Shown here one piece after another: positions 1-13,465 of a DNA stretch of 63,612 nucleotides. This DNA is from Bigelowiella natans CCMP2755 (taxonomy: Eukaryota; Protista; Cercozoa). The stretch spans positions 1 to 63,612 of the forward strand of contig ADNK01000012.1 in NCBI GenBank assembly GCA_000320545.1, in the 5' to 3' direction. The notes beneath the pieces are model-generated. The model was not told where the DNA came from and did no database searches. It saw only the letters and a program-made list of their open reading frames with translations. The position numbers were made by a program, and so were the translations under genes. Each line of letters begins with the position of its first letter. Positions within the stretch are counted from its first letter, which is position 1.

Positions 1-40
<40 letters not shown>
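1..40. repeat. (TA)n microsatellite at window start
   Basis: Pure TA run; the window also ends in TA runs, which suggests an assembly break at microsatellites. Confidence 0.95.
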
Positions 41-44
<4 letters not shown>

Positions 45-86
45 TACATGTAATTATCGGAAGAATATTAAATTGGGTATATCCAA

Positions 87-2181
87 GAAAGCAGAGAGCA
101 GCATGTCGCTATTTTTCTACGTGAGTGGCTGCTGTGCTGGCCTCTTCTGATGTCTGAAGCGGTGATAGTGGATAATACATATATGTGACGGCATGATCAG
201 GGCGGCGACAATAAAGCAGCTCCCTCATCTCCTGCCTCTCCTCCCTCTCAGCCAAAGCAGAAGCAATCCTTCAGCTTTCAGCCGAGCGACAGCAAGAAGG
301 CAGCAGAGTCGCCAAAGTCGGTGCAGCGTTCCGAGGATGATGCTACGAAGAAAGCTGCGAACGTCGAACCTATCAAACGCCGTGGCAAGAGCAAGCGAAA
401 AAGAACCATCGAGAAGAGCGCGGAAGCCGAGGAGAGACTGACACAGGTGAATGAACCAACGAACGTGTGAAGGAACTTCTCGTGATTTGTGCTTTATGAG
501 ATAGTAATTATGTGTTGCCAGCTTGCCATTGAAGACCTCCAGGGTCGGAAGCCAGCGATCTCGCCTTACCGGAGGAGTGGAATGCGTAAGAAGGAGAGAT
601 AATGAAGAAGAAGAAGAAGAAGAAGAAGAAGAAGAAGAGGATGATGATGATGATGGTGATGATGATGCTGACACCCTTCCCTTTAAAGCAACGCATCATC
701 ATTATGATTATCATCCCATCATCACCAACATCAACATCACAGTCTGGTCATGTGCTTTTCCCGCCTTTGTAGAGATTACTCATGCTTTCTCATCATCAAC
801 AACATCACCATCATTAACAACAACAACAACATTAAAATAGAGGTGTACACGAGGGTTCTCGACTACAATGCGAAGAGCGCAGGAGTAGGAAAAGTCGAGG
901 TAACGATCACGAAATCCCTATCTTGTCGTCATTATCTTCCAAGCTGAAGGAGATGAAGTAGAAGATAATATCCAATCTGTGACATGTTTGTTGACGTAAT
1001 GTCGTCGTTCCACGGTCATGAGCTGACCGTTGTTGCTGTAGCATCTATTTCTATCAATGGTGCTGCGTTTAAAATTACCAAAAGTAGTATCTGCAATATT
1101 TCCTTCCACATTTTTTATTTTAATGTTACTTTCTCCTGCTCCTCCTCCTCATTCTCCTCCTCCTCCTCTCACTCTCCACTGTTCTCCAATTTTATGGTGG
1201 ATTTCGATGCCGTCGTCATCTATATTATCGTCGTTGTACTTGCAAGGATATTAACGAAGCAAAGGACGTAATGCTGAAGGAGTTCAAACGGTTCAGAAGC
1301 GCCTACTCGCGCCCCCTACTCTCATTCATCAGGTCAGTCACCTCTCCACCGTCTCCTACCATCGCGACTGCGAAGCAGCCATCGATGGGAGGTGCCTTCT
1401 AGCTCTCCACTCCCCCCTCTTTCATCTGCTTTCTGCTTGCTGCAGTCGCAAGTAATGTGCCTTTTCGTTGCCCGAAATCAGCTTCTCGGCGCGGGATGCG
1501 AGCGTGCAGAAGTTTGAGGACCTCATAGAATATGTGGAGGACAAGCTCGAACAAAAGTAAGGGCATGATGATGTCACACGGCACACACCACCAGCACTTC
1601 CACACAAGCACGCATGAACAGATTCGGCTACTATATTTCAACGTGCTGAGACTACAAATCATTGCATAAAACAACGCAGCCCATCACCTAAGCCATTAAG
1701 TCTCGATATGGATCAAGTCGTTAAGTACGTTGATGCCTGGGAGGACGCGGTAATAGTAGTAGTAGTAGTAGTAGCAGTAGTAGCAATAGTAGAAATAGTA
1801 GCAGTAGTATTAGAAATTAGAAGAATAAGAAGAACAAGGGGAATTAATATGGATAATCACAAATAATCCCACTACTTTGGATAGCTCTTGTAAAAATAGA
1901 AAGAGCCTCCTCCTCCTCCTCCTGCTGCTGCTTCTACATGGTGTTGTTAACAAGCTGCGTATAACAGCAACGGTGCATCCTTCTACTCTCTTCGGTTGCA
2001 GAAATAAATTGTAGATTACAATATGTAGGTAAATTCAAACGAAGCGCAGTTCGAAACTTTTCTCAAGAGAGGCTCAGTCCTTCGCATCACCTCACTCGAT
2101 GACATCGTGAAGGGTAACAGACTCGCCGAGACGCCGATCGGCAAATTGCTACTAGGGTTAGGCGTAAAGAACAATAGTTAA
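87..2181 (+). CDS. Multi-exon hypothetical protein, probably 5'-incomplete
   Basis: Chain of GT-AG exons: 201-448 (GGDNKAAPSSP...EAEERLTQ), 521-586, 841-899, then FSARDASVQKFEDLIEYVEDKLEQK|FGYYIST|PSPKPLSLDMDQVVKYVDAWEDA, and a last exon ...FLKRGSVLRITSLDDIVKGNRLAETPIGKLLLGLGVKNNS* (TAA 2179-2181). No family recognised; some middle joins are ambiguous. Confidence 0.55.
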
Positions 2182-2229
2182 CATAAAACACGAGGTGAAA
2201 TGTACGTGCCCTCGACGCTAACACCGCAA

Positions 2230-2570
2230 GCTGTTAAGCCGATAGCTTGGTCAAGAATAAGCTGACGTTGCTACTATTTTATTGGGGTGCATTGCATAGC
2301 AACAAATGCAAATGATGAAATATTAAAAGCATTGTGATTGAGAATTGTTCACATGCAGCGAACAAGGAGATGCATGTAATGCTCTCGCCTATGCAGGAGC
2401 ATTGCATCCTCAAAATGTATCCACAAAGCGCAACGCAAGCTTCTATGTTTCTGACAGCTATGCACATATGCAGCTAGTCAGTTGCGCAGCTATTGGCGCT
2501 AAGACAGCATGTGTATGGCTTTTTGGATGGGTACGAACAAAATATCTCTATAAAATTTTTGCCTAGCAAT
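2230..2570. other. Intergenic block rich in TGCA/CATG/CTAG palindromic words
   Basis: Dense tgca, catg and gcgc words with no credible exon; lies between two convergent 3' ends. Confidence 0.5.
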
Positions 2571-2877
2571 TTAATGACAAAACATAAATGACACGATAAC
2601 TTGGAAGTGCTAATTAGATTCCATCATCTGCAGCCAAAATGGTGAGGGATAAACTCCGCATGAAGCCAGATTGGCTGCATTTTCGCAGAATAAGTATAGT
2701 TGATTACTTCTCTCCTCTTGTCCTTGTCACGGACACAATGGATGCAAGGATGACTCGGAAAATTACTCGGACTACCCAATTGTTTAAATGCAATAATACT
2801 GACTATATATTTCGATTTGATGTAGACATGAACCGCATTAACGATCTTGGATCTTGACCACTCTCCCACTACAACAA

Positions 2878-4320
2878 CTACGTTTGATCATTTCTAATTT
2901 CACTGGTGCTAGGAGTTTTCTTCTCTTCTGCCATCTTAGCTGCACGCTCCGCCTGGACGGTTTCCCTTCGCTTTTGAGTCATGTTCCATTTTAACTTCAT
3001 GCGAGACATCTCGGTTGGAGACATCCGAGCCTCACACTTCTTTTTATGAAGTTCGAAACTCCTTTTCAGAACACATCTCTTACAGTTTGGGCATTGTTCG
3101 GTTTTGATCGGAGCAAAGGCCCTAGGCGCCTTTAACGTTGTATTGTGATGATATCAGATCTTACAGTACTTACTGCTCCCAGCAAAAGAACTCGCACAAT
3201 CACGCACACACACACGCACGCACGCACGCACGCACAACAGGTAGGCGCATAGGATATACAAAGCGTGGGAGACTCGGGTTTGTGGGAAAATGCGGATATC
3301 ATGAAAGTGTTTTCGAGATAAGAATACGACAATCGCTGAACTACTACTACTACTACTTCTACTACTACTTACTACCTTTGCAGGAAGAGAATGCCACCAG
3401 GAACGGTTTGCAGATGTCGATGTCCCCCAGCTTGTGGGATTACCTGCCATTTCAATTGGAGACCGGTGGAAATTGCCTGTAATGTACTTCACTCCGGTCG
3501 AGACTAGAAGACTGACAATAGACAGCAGAAGGGATAATATGGATCAGAACCCTTGGTAGTAGTAGCCGTATATTCATGGGGGAGTTTAGGGGCATTGCAT
3601 ACCACTTTTTCCGTGCGGTACACTTTCTGGTGTGGAAATCGAACGCGGTTGCATTGACATATGCTCCGCATTGATCGCACTTTACTGCTTTCGCAAACCC
3701 CTTATGTTCTTCGTCTGGTCCAAGAATTAATTCAATTAGAAATCTTTGGCAAGGAGGGAAAGAATGCATAGGCGGAGAACACCTTCGTCCATTCTCAAAG
3801 AGAACTGGAGAGTCGCATTGAGATTCTCTTCCAAGGGTATCCAGGATTTATGCGAGGCGTCTTTGTATAGGTGCGGCGTCAACGTCGAATCTAACCACCT
3901 ACAAAGCAGAATGTGCGTTATATCTTCATTTCAATACTTTAAAAGCCTCACGTTATCCTAATTCCCTATCCATCATCATCCCTCACCTCTGATCTCATTG
4001 CAAATATTTTCATACACTAAATTCGACCTTCTTTTTTTTCGTTCTTCCGCTTGACGACTAAGCTTCTCTTTGTGCCATTTGTAAGTGCTCTCAGGGTACA
4101 TAAAAGCGAGGTCACTTTTTGCGGTTGTCGGTCGTCGGCGCGATGGCTTAGGCGTTTTAATGAACGTGTCTTTTCCAGAGCCGAACTCAAGAAAATTAGT
4201 GGACCTATCAAAAGATCTCCGAGACATCATTCGGGACCCTACTGACGCAAATCGGGAGGTGGGGGACGATGTGGTGGGTCGTGACAGATTTTCGGTAGCG
4301 TTTCCATAGGGGTACAACAT
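2878..4320 (-). CDS. C2HC (CxxC-x11-12-HxxxC) zinc-finger protein with disordered S/T/R-rich N-terminus
   Basis: Phase-compatible joins ...EERKKR|RWLDSTLTPHLYKD...LRMDE|DEEHKGFAKAVKCDQCGAYVNATAFDFHTRKC; second finger CPNCKRCVLKRSFELHKKKC; stop TAG at 2880-2878. The ATG at 4320 is a best guess. Confidence 0.65.
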
Positions 4321-4814
4321 CTTCGTTGAAGAACAACAACTTCCTAATTCGGGAGTTCTGCCTTGGCCTCTTATTTCAATCGACGCTTGCGAGAAGTTCC
4401 CCCCGCCCTCTCCGTATACGATACAGGGATATCTCGAGATATGAACTGTAAACTGTTCACTGCGCGTAACGTGGTTGGGGGGATTTCATCTCTGCGACAT
4501 GCGGAAGGTCATGTCGCATAGGCGAAACTTCCATATCGTGCTCGATATTTCGCTGCGAGGGCCCTCAGAAATAAAGTTTAAATAATTCGGTACGTAGACG
4601 TGACTCACACCAGCAAGAGGATGTAGTCCGAGATGCAGTGTGATGAAAGGAGAAATCCATGATGGCACTGATCATTGTCGCAGTATCGAATCAAATGGGG
4701 ATTTATCCGCTGCGTCATCGTTGAGTTGCGTCTCAAGAATTCTGCTATGGCCCGTCGGGCCAGAAGCGCTTCGGAACGCCTTCGCGCGCCGCCTGCGCGA
4801 ACCCCATCTTCCAC

Positions 4815-5640
4815 ATGATCATCGACGATAGAACACGGGCCGATATCACAGCAATGCCAAGCCTATCACCACCCTCGCACGAAGAAATCCGCAAGCTAGT
4901 CCGGTCGGAGTTAATGATTTCGCGAGGTCGGTCATCATCCTTCTGTAGCATTCCTACTATTTTATTAAACTGTGCATTGTGCTCTTTGAAGGGGTCAAGT
5001 ATTACAATAGGAAGCTTGTGTGCGATGTGTCGTTCGATCCACAGCACACACCCAACCCTCAATTCACTGCATCATGCCAAGGAGCTAGCCTCTACCTCGT
5101 TTCCGTTTGCTACGACGCCCAAGCGCAGGTGGTCAGCACTACCACAAGCAGCCACGACATGATAATGATCCGTAGAATATTGCCTTCAAAAAAATCGTAT
5201 ACGAAAATATGTTCAATTTGATTTCTTGGCGTTTGAAATCATGCCACCCCCCCTCCCCCCTCGTTGCTGAGCAGGTGAGGTGGGTGGAACCCCAGTGCAC
5301 ATGTAAGACAGCTTTCTCTCGTGGCGGAATATGCAAGCATCTCCCCGCTGTGATGTACCAAATACGAGCAGTCATTAGCAAAGTCCGCCAAGAAGAAAAA
5401 GCAGGGCTCAAAGGAGAGCGGACGAAGAAGACTAATCCGAAGTCAAAGAAGCCAACAAAAGACGGAATCACAAAAACCAGGACTAGAATACATCAACGGC
5501 AGCAACAGCATGAGGCTGCAACTTCACAAGTCGGGTTGAACGAAACTAGGAACACTAAAGAACAACCTCCTTCATCCTCGCGCAGGTTGGAACAGCGAAT
5601 AAATGATGCAATTAAAGAAGGGTCTATCTGCGACTGCTAA
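4815..5640 (+). CDS. SWIM zinc-finger protein
   Basis: Exons 4815-4926, 4992-5128 and 5275-5640 splice in frame: EEIRKLVRSELMISRG|VKYYNRKLVCDVSF...ASCQGASLYLVSV...|VRWVEPQCTCKTAFSRGGICKHLPAVMYQI, which carries the CxC-xn-CxH SWIM motif. Confidence 0.8.
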
Positions 5641-5845
5641 GAACATTGTTATTATGCATGTCAGGTTGCCCGAAAACGCAAGGGATTGTACTGAATCGAA
5701 GCTACACTGTGATTCGAGTAAAGAAGGAATGGAAAAGGTGATAATAATGTATCTCAACGCTGCTCCATAATGATGCTAAACAGGGAATCTTTCTGTGCTC
5801 TTCAAAACAAAAGCACTTCTATCTCCGTACTTCTCAATATTTTAA

Positions 5846-5876
<31 letters not shown>

Positions 5877-6029
5877 ATATACACACCCCGATTTTGCATT
5901 CTGTAGAAAAATATGGAATTTGTAGCCCTCATCATTGTGATTTTCGGATTGAAATAGCAACATCACAGCCACCACCGTATCTCTTCTTCTGCTCTTATTC
6001 TGCAGCAATCGCGAGGAAAATCAGCGTCC

Positions 6030-8026
6030 ATGGCCTCCTCCTCCGGGTACCCTCCTCCTAGACCACGTTTCTCAAAGAGGACGAAGAGCACCACATCTGA
6101 TCGTGGTTTGTCTGCAGTGAAAAAGAGAGAAATATCAAGGAAGAAAGAGCAGCGGACAGCTCAGCAAGCATCTGTCACTACTCAACGATATTCGTCCTAC
6201 TCTTCCGCATCTGCTGCTGCTGCTGCTTTGTCTCTCTCACTGGGAATTTCGTCTTCATCATCATCACACCCCCTCTCCTCTAGTAAGGCAGGCGTATCAG
6301 CAGCTGCCTTATCATCGCCATCACTATCCATGCACGCAAATAAAGCAGCTCTGGCAAAAGCAGGAGCACAATCATTACTTGCAAATGCGAAAACAACGGG
6401 CAAGAATAGAAATGATAAAAAACCTTCCCTCCCGAATAAACGGCTACCTTCTTCGTTGTCCTCGTCATTATCACTTCTTGGTGATAATAGCAATAAAAGC
6501 AACCCCCATTCCGCAGCGAACAGCAGCATTAGAAAAAGCAGCAACACTACTCCTCCTCCTCCTCCTCCTCTCCCTCCTCTTCCTCCTAACATCACCAGCA
6601 GTGATACAGGCATTATCACCGCACAGGCATCGTCATCACCATCATCCTCTCGACGACAAGGAGGAGGAGGAGGAGGAGGAGGAGGAGGAGGAGGAGCTCC
6701 TACTGCAAACACACCACCACCAGCACCAGCAGCAGCAGCAGCAGTACAAAAACAACGAGCTGTATCTGCTTCAATATCCTCGTTGTTGTCGTCTTCTTCC
6801 CCCTTTCAAGTTCCCCAAACACCACACATAGCGAAGACAGATGAAAAAGAGAAAAGGGGACCTGCAGGGTAGTGGGTGGTGACGGCGGCGGTGGTGGTGG
6901 TGGTGACGGCTTCTCACGTGTCCTGTAATTCTTTCTCATCATAGCGTGCTTGATTGGGGGTTTTACGTAGATCTGTGTATGCACTCCCTGATATTATTCT
7001 TAAAATATGACGAATTTGTTATTATGGCTGTTCTTCTCTTTGTTATACGGGGAGGGGTAATCATTCTTGGTGCTTTGATATATACGATGACAATAGGAAA
7101 GAAGAGAGACAGCAGACTGCTCAATCTTCCTACTCTACTGCACCTCCATCATCACTCTCCTCCTCCTCTCCCCTCCCATCCTCCCTTCCATCTTCCCTTC
7201 GTCTCCGAAGGTCCACATCATCGTCGTCCCCCCCCCTCTCTACACTAGTTCAAAAGCGTCCTCGGGTTGACTCGCTTCCCCCATCCGCTTCTTACCAAAG
7301 TAGCAGCAGCTCTCACAGCGTCCTCAGTCTTTCTCAACGCCAAGAGGGGGAGGAGGAGGAGGAGGAGGAGGAGGAGGGAGAGGGCGAGCAGACGTCGTTG
7401 GCCAGCAGTTGTGATAAATACTGTGATGATACAAAGACTACCATCGGCAAAGGCCTGGAATGTCACCTTAAAAAGAAGAAGAAGAAAAAGAAAAAGAAAA
7501 AGAGAGGATTAGAAGATACCGACGGTTGCTGCGTTGTAGAACAAGTGAATAGAGATGATAGCGACAATAATAATAGCAAAGTTGACAGCGACGACGACGA
7601 CGACGACGACAACGATGAGCTTAAAGAGCAGGTACTTGTGATATTTTGATGATGCCTCGGACCGTGAACAAATGCAATGTGGAAAACAGAATGCGACATG
7701 AAAATTATGGAAAGAAATAGAATTGCAGCTTATGCACGCACACACGCACGCACATCATTATGTACACACTACAACTACAACAACAACAACTACTACTACT
7801 ACTACTACTACGTACTAATACACCAACACCGCTTCCACAACAAGGATTTCAAAGAAGAAGAAAAGGAAAAGAATGCTGTGCAACAAGAAGAAGGTCAACA
7901 TAAGGATAACGCTGATGATGATGATGACGACGATAATGATAAGGAGGGGGAAGAGGAGGAGGAGGAGGAGGAGGAGCGTGTCGCCTGGATTTGCGACAAG
8001 TGCACTTTCGAGAATGAACCCGAGGT

Positions 8027-8064
<38 letters not shown>

Positions 8065-8193
8065 TATTTGTAGTAACAGGAGGAGGGGCATTAGGAGAAG
8101 AAGTATACGATCATTATCTGCTTTCAATTTTCGGGGCAAACACTATACACTTAAAACCATCCTCACCAACCACCCCGCCTTCTCCTCTTCCTC

Positions 8194-8244
<51 letters not shown>

Positions 8245-9170
8245 CAGGCCGATCTGTGCGGTATTTGTCAAATGGGAACTTACCCCCCTGCAAATAAGAA
8301 ATCTAAAAAGCGGCTGCGGCGGCATGTGGGGGGGGGAGAGGGTAAGAACTCCGTCGATATCCTAGAGGACTTGACACCAGCGAGACGTGGCATTGGAAAG
8401 GAGAAGGAGGGTGAGAATAACAGCAGCAATGCCGACCAGAATGACGATGAATCATCCTCCCAACAAAATCGAGCTCGTCCTCGTCGTCGTCGTCAATTCG
8501 AGATAAAATATACACTCGGAACTGGAAGCTATCGGCGCCATTGCCCCCCTACTAACGACTCTGTTCTCAAGGAAGACGGCTGCAGTACCCACAAAGGAAA
8601 GGGGAGAGGAGGGGTTAGGGGGGAGGACGCGGCTGCTGGAGACGATGACGACGACAGAAGAGAAGATCTGAAAGCGGTGCTGCTGCTGCGGGAAAAAGGT
8701 AAAAGCAGCGACGACGACGACGACAGCGACAGTAATGCTTCGTATCATCACAGCTCTGCTTTCGGAAAAAGAAGAAGGAGAAGAAGAAGAGGAAGAAGAG
8801 GAGGAGGAGGAGTAGGTGGCAATATGGAAGAAGAAGACTACAATGACGACGTGGTGGTGGCGGGGGAGGGAAAGCATGAGAAGGATGATTTGGACGAAGG
8901 AGAAGAAGAAGGTAACACTGGCGAGGAGCAGCCAGAGGCCATTGTTGCTGAAATATTGAAGAAAACTGTGAAGGCGCTTAAGGATGAGCTAAGAACGTAA
9001 TATGATGAACATATGGCACAACAACCACCTGCATGTCACTATAAAATCATCAGCAATACACTTGCAGTAGTGAGTAGTAGAAGTACTACAACAACAACTA
9101 CTACTACTACTACTACTAACAACACTAATAGCAGCAGCAGCAGCAGCAGCAGATTCTCTTTTTCTCACTT

Positions 9171-9215
<45 letters not shown>

Positions 9216-9620
9216 AATTCCCTTCTTCACGGTTGCCATGGTGTTCTTCTACGCATTCATCCGTGATACTCCCCCCCCCCCCCTCCTCCTCTTCCTCCTC
9301 CTGCTACTACTGCTACTACCAAAAGCTACAAAGCTCGTGTGGCTGGACGAAAGCCAGAGCTCCGTATGCGCCTCGTTGCCGTGCGCCTATTTTCCTACCG
9401 CTGCGGTGACTGGAGATGTCCAAGTTGTCACTCTCTGCACTCAGGAACAACAACGTCTGTGTGCAGAGAGTGTAAAATGGTGCGAATACTCGACTCGCGG
9501 TGGCGGTGCGGTGGTTGCGACAAGCCTAACTCGCACGGCATGCGCTGTGCAGAGTGCAATAGGATGAGGGATGGGCTTCCAGCTATCAAGATACGGTCCT
9601 CGTTGTGGACGACGAGATGA

Positions 9621-9661
<41 letters not shown>

Positions 9662-9818
9662 CAGATGAGCATGGAATCTTCTTGTCAAGAGCTCTCTTCC
9701 CCTCTTTCACCCAGCATTGCCCTCTGGCTTTCTACCCATCAGCTGTCTTAGATGTTCCACCCCCTCCTCTTAATTCCTTGTGCTTTTCCTCCGCCTCCTT
9801 TATTTAATACTACTAAAG

Positions 9819-9849
<31 letters not shown>

Positions 9850-11065
9850 CACTACTACCACTACTACCACTACTACTATCATCATCACCATCTTACCTGT
9901 AACAACTGTTATCTTCATCATCATCTGCTTTCATTCATCCGTCAGCCCAAAGGCCCTGGACCGTGCTAGAGGTGCTATCGATGCATTTATCGAGGAGGAG
10001 GAGGAAAGCAAGAGAAACAAAAAAGTGCGCGGTCGGAAAAGGAAAACTGGCCGTGCTGCTGAGGGCAGCAATCGTCAGGGCGTCACTAAAGATGGTGGCG
10101 ATGAAGGAGAAGAAAGGAGGAGTCGGGTTGTTGTCGGTAGCAAGTACGACCTTCCTCACCGCAATCTACCTTCGTTCATTGGGAATCGCCTCATGAAGAC
10201 GAAGAAGAACAACGTGGTGAGATCATCATCGTCGCCATCGTCAAGAGCACCGCCCTCACGACGCCGACGACAACAGCAGCAGCAACAACATCCAAGCAAG
10301 AGCGACGAGAAGGGGGCAGGGAGAAACCGTTTGATTACCAACCTGAACCGACCACAGAACAAGCGGCTGAGGCAGCTTCTAACTGAGCAGGTTTCAGACG
10401 CCGAGAAGGCCGAGGAGGAGGAGGAGGAGGAGGAGGAAATCAAAAAGGCAGCCCGGAAGAAGAGGAAGCTCGGGCAAAAAAAAAGGAGAAAAACGAACAG
10501 AAGCAGAAAGAAGGTGGCAAGATATGCAGATGAGGGGGTATCAGATGAGGATATTGCAGGAGGGCAGCAAATATCGAAAAAGATCGACGTAGTAAATGAC
10601 AGAAGAGACCACACCAGTGATGACGATGACATCTCCCTCGATTTTGACGTCGATGATAGCCACAATGATAACAGCCTTCTGTATCACCACAAAGATGTCA
10701 AACACGTAGCGGCTAATTCCCTCTCCACCACTGCCAAGCCCGCGAAAGGAAACACAGACGACGCAAACAATGATATTAATGATTCTGAAGATGACGACGG
10801 CGATGACGATGACGACCTGTCGCTCGAATCTATTGAGATTCCAATCGTGAGGCGAAAAGGCAACACGATCAAGGTGACGGAATCTGAGGTGATGAGAGAA
10901 GAAAGGAACGGAGATATTGATGATGAGAGCAGCCAGCAGCAAGGTGAGGAGCTTGCTATAATAAATAGAAAGGAGAAGCCAAAGGAGGGGGAAAAGAAGA
11001 AGGTGTCACTCAATTCGTTACTAGTCGGAATGGATGAGATGTTGGATAGTAGCCAGCTTAGCTAG
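6030..11065 (+). CDS. Large low-complexity nuclear-type protein with three RanBP2-type zinc fingers
   Basis: WICDKCTFENEPE|ADLCGIC (split by an intron), GDWRCPSCHSLHSGTTTSVCREC and SRWRCGGCDKPNSHGMRCAEC; K/R-rich NLS-like runs; long acidic terminal exon ending at 11065. Confidence 0.75.
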
Positions 11066-11650
11066 CACATGACGATGTCCCTTAGGATCAAACACTTGAG
11101 AAAAATACAGTTTCATCTAGTTCGTATGCTCTAGCTAGCTAGCCAGCTAATATACACATGCTGATAATGATGATGTGATGGCCCTGAGCCTGGCTAGCTA
11201 GCTAGCTAGCTAGATCTCTAAATTTCCATGGATCTGCCATCTGACCATACTAGCATAGCTAGATAGCTAGATAGCGCCCTCTCCAGCTCTGTCGCTGCCC
11301 TGCTAGTCTTTTTGTAGCTTCATTAACCAGTGTGTGATGTGCGCGCACTAGCTAGCTAGTAGCTAGCTAGACAACACAACATGACAACAAGCTAGCAAGC
11401 ACATAGCGCCCTAGCGCCGTCTAGGCAGACGGCTAACTAGCTAAGCTGTGAGGCATTGCTAGATTATACACATCTCTTGGCGTGCTAGCGTGCATAGATG
11501 TAGATATCTCTAGGCCTATCCAGCTATACTAGTATAGCTAGTGAACGCACATCGCAGCTAACTAGCTAGACGCTCTAGCTAGAGAGACATGCCATGCTAA
11601 AACATATATGTTTATTTGCATACATTGTTCACCGGCTAGCCGCCGGGCGC
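11066..11650. other. Intergenic CTAG-rich block with (GCTA)n runs
   Basis: Many ctag/gctagc words, e.g. gctagctagctagctagctag near 11193-11213; lies between convergent 3' ends. Confidence 0.7.
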
Positions 11651-11872
11651 GCAGCAAGGGAATCGAAAGGTTTGCGACAAAGCACAAAAACATTATGGAA
11701 TTCTAATTGCGTGATGATGATGATGACGATGACGTAAATTAAATACTTTACAGGGGCCAATCAGTACAGAAAAGACACGGAAACTGTTTCCCAGCACATT
11801 ATATGCATTGATGTCTCTTGCCCTTGCACAAACAGTGGCAATACGACATATAATTTGAAATCTACATATTCG

Positions 11873-11918
11873 TTAGACTTTCTTGTGAGCGACCGATAAC
11901 CGGATGGTCTGCGGATCC

Positions 11919-11962
<44 letters not shown>

Positions 11963-11989
11963 AGAGTGCGTATCAGTGAGTGAGTGAAT

Positions 11990-12025
<36 letters not shown>

Positions 12026-12056
12026 ACGGAAAGGCAGTTCGTTTCACCGGGAAAAG

Positions 12057-12095
<39 letters not shown>

Positions 12096-12461
12096 ATTAG
12101 TGAAAGGAGGCAATGACCTTCTTTTTCTTCTTCTTCTTCTCCTCCTTCTACGCACAACACTGCGACTGATCTGCTGACATAAGCAGGCTCTCAGCTGTGA
12201 GCTTGATCGTCTGTGCAGTGCTTCTCTGCGAAGAGGAGCTGGAGGATGGATGCAAACCATTCTGGCCCCTGTTAACTTGCTCTTCTAACATCTTATCGAT
12301 TAGGTAGTCTATAGCCTCGCTGATATTCGTGTCCTCTTTGGCAGAGCCGATGTACCTGCATCATCATCATCATCATCATCAGGTTGTAGTAGTAGTAGTA
12401 GTAGTAGCTCTTACTCAAAAACGCGATGTTGATGATGATGAGATCGAAAACCAACATATGC

Positions 12462-12529
<68 letters not shown>

Positions 12530-12912
12530 TATGTAGAGAAACAAACCAAGAATCGAAGCCCATGCTCTGCGACATCTTTTGTATCTCCGCCCCACGTAGG
12601 AAGCTCGTGGTACCCGTCTTGAGCAAATCAACCTTGTTTGCTATCAGAATCACTGGCACTTTCCAGTTGTTTCGCTTGAATTGGAGATATTCGGAACGAA
12701 AAGGGGGGAGGGGGGGGAAGGACACACAAGAATGCAAACAACAGCAACAAGAAGAAGAAGAAGAAGACAAGAACACCAATAGCAGTAAGAAGAGTAGAGA
12801 AACAAACGACGAAGTAAGTACTGTATTGAGGCACTGCTGGCACCATTATCTCTCAATCCCTCATTGGAGAAAACGACGATCAAACAAATTAGAGGACGCT
12901 ACTACTAGACAC

Positions 12913-12983
<71 letters not shown>

Positions 12984-13159
12984 GCACTTTGAGCATATTT
13001 TAACGGGTAACTACGAATGAAACGATGCCAACAATCTTGACTCTCACGACGTAAGCAAGTGCAATGATCATCGATTTCATCATCATCGTCAATATTATAT
13101 TGCCTTTGCGACCAAGATCTCACAACATATGTTGTTGTTGTTTTTGTTGTTTATACAGG

Positions 13160-13190
<31 letters not shown>

Positions 13191-13431
13191 TATCGTTGTT
13201 CCTGCTCCTCCTCAAGGTTGCTCATTTATAATAATACCCTAGCTTCCCCCAAGAGTGACTCATCGAGCTCCTTCTTCCATTGCTCAACTGCTCGTAGCGT
13301 CGCCTTTGGATGGTGATGATGATGATGATGATGATGATGATGAGCGTTGTCATGTCATTGATATGATATAACATCACCATCCCCATCGATAACGACAGGG
13401 AGTAACATGTAATCTCTGGTATATCATTATC

Positions 13432-13465
<34 letters not shown>

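Noticed and set aside
3770-4430. Possible + strand exons (ENTFVHSQRELESRIE..., GYNIFVEEQQ...)
   Set aside because: Mirror frames of the minus-strand zinc-finger gene, whose exons join in phase into the C2HC fingers.
4745-5062. Minus-strand ORF (PFKEHNAQFNKIVGML...)
   Set aside because: It is the codon-mirror of the + strand SWIM gene, which has the recognisable motifs.
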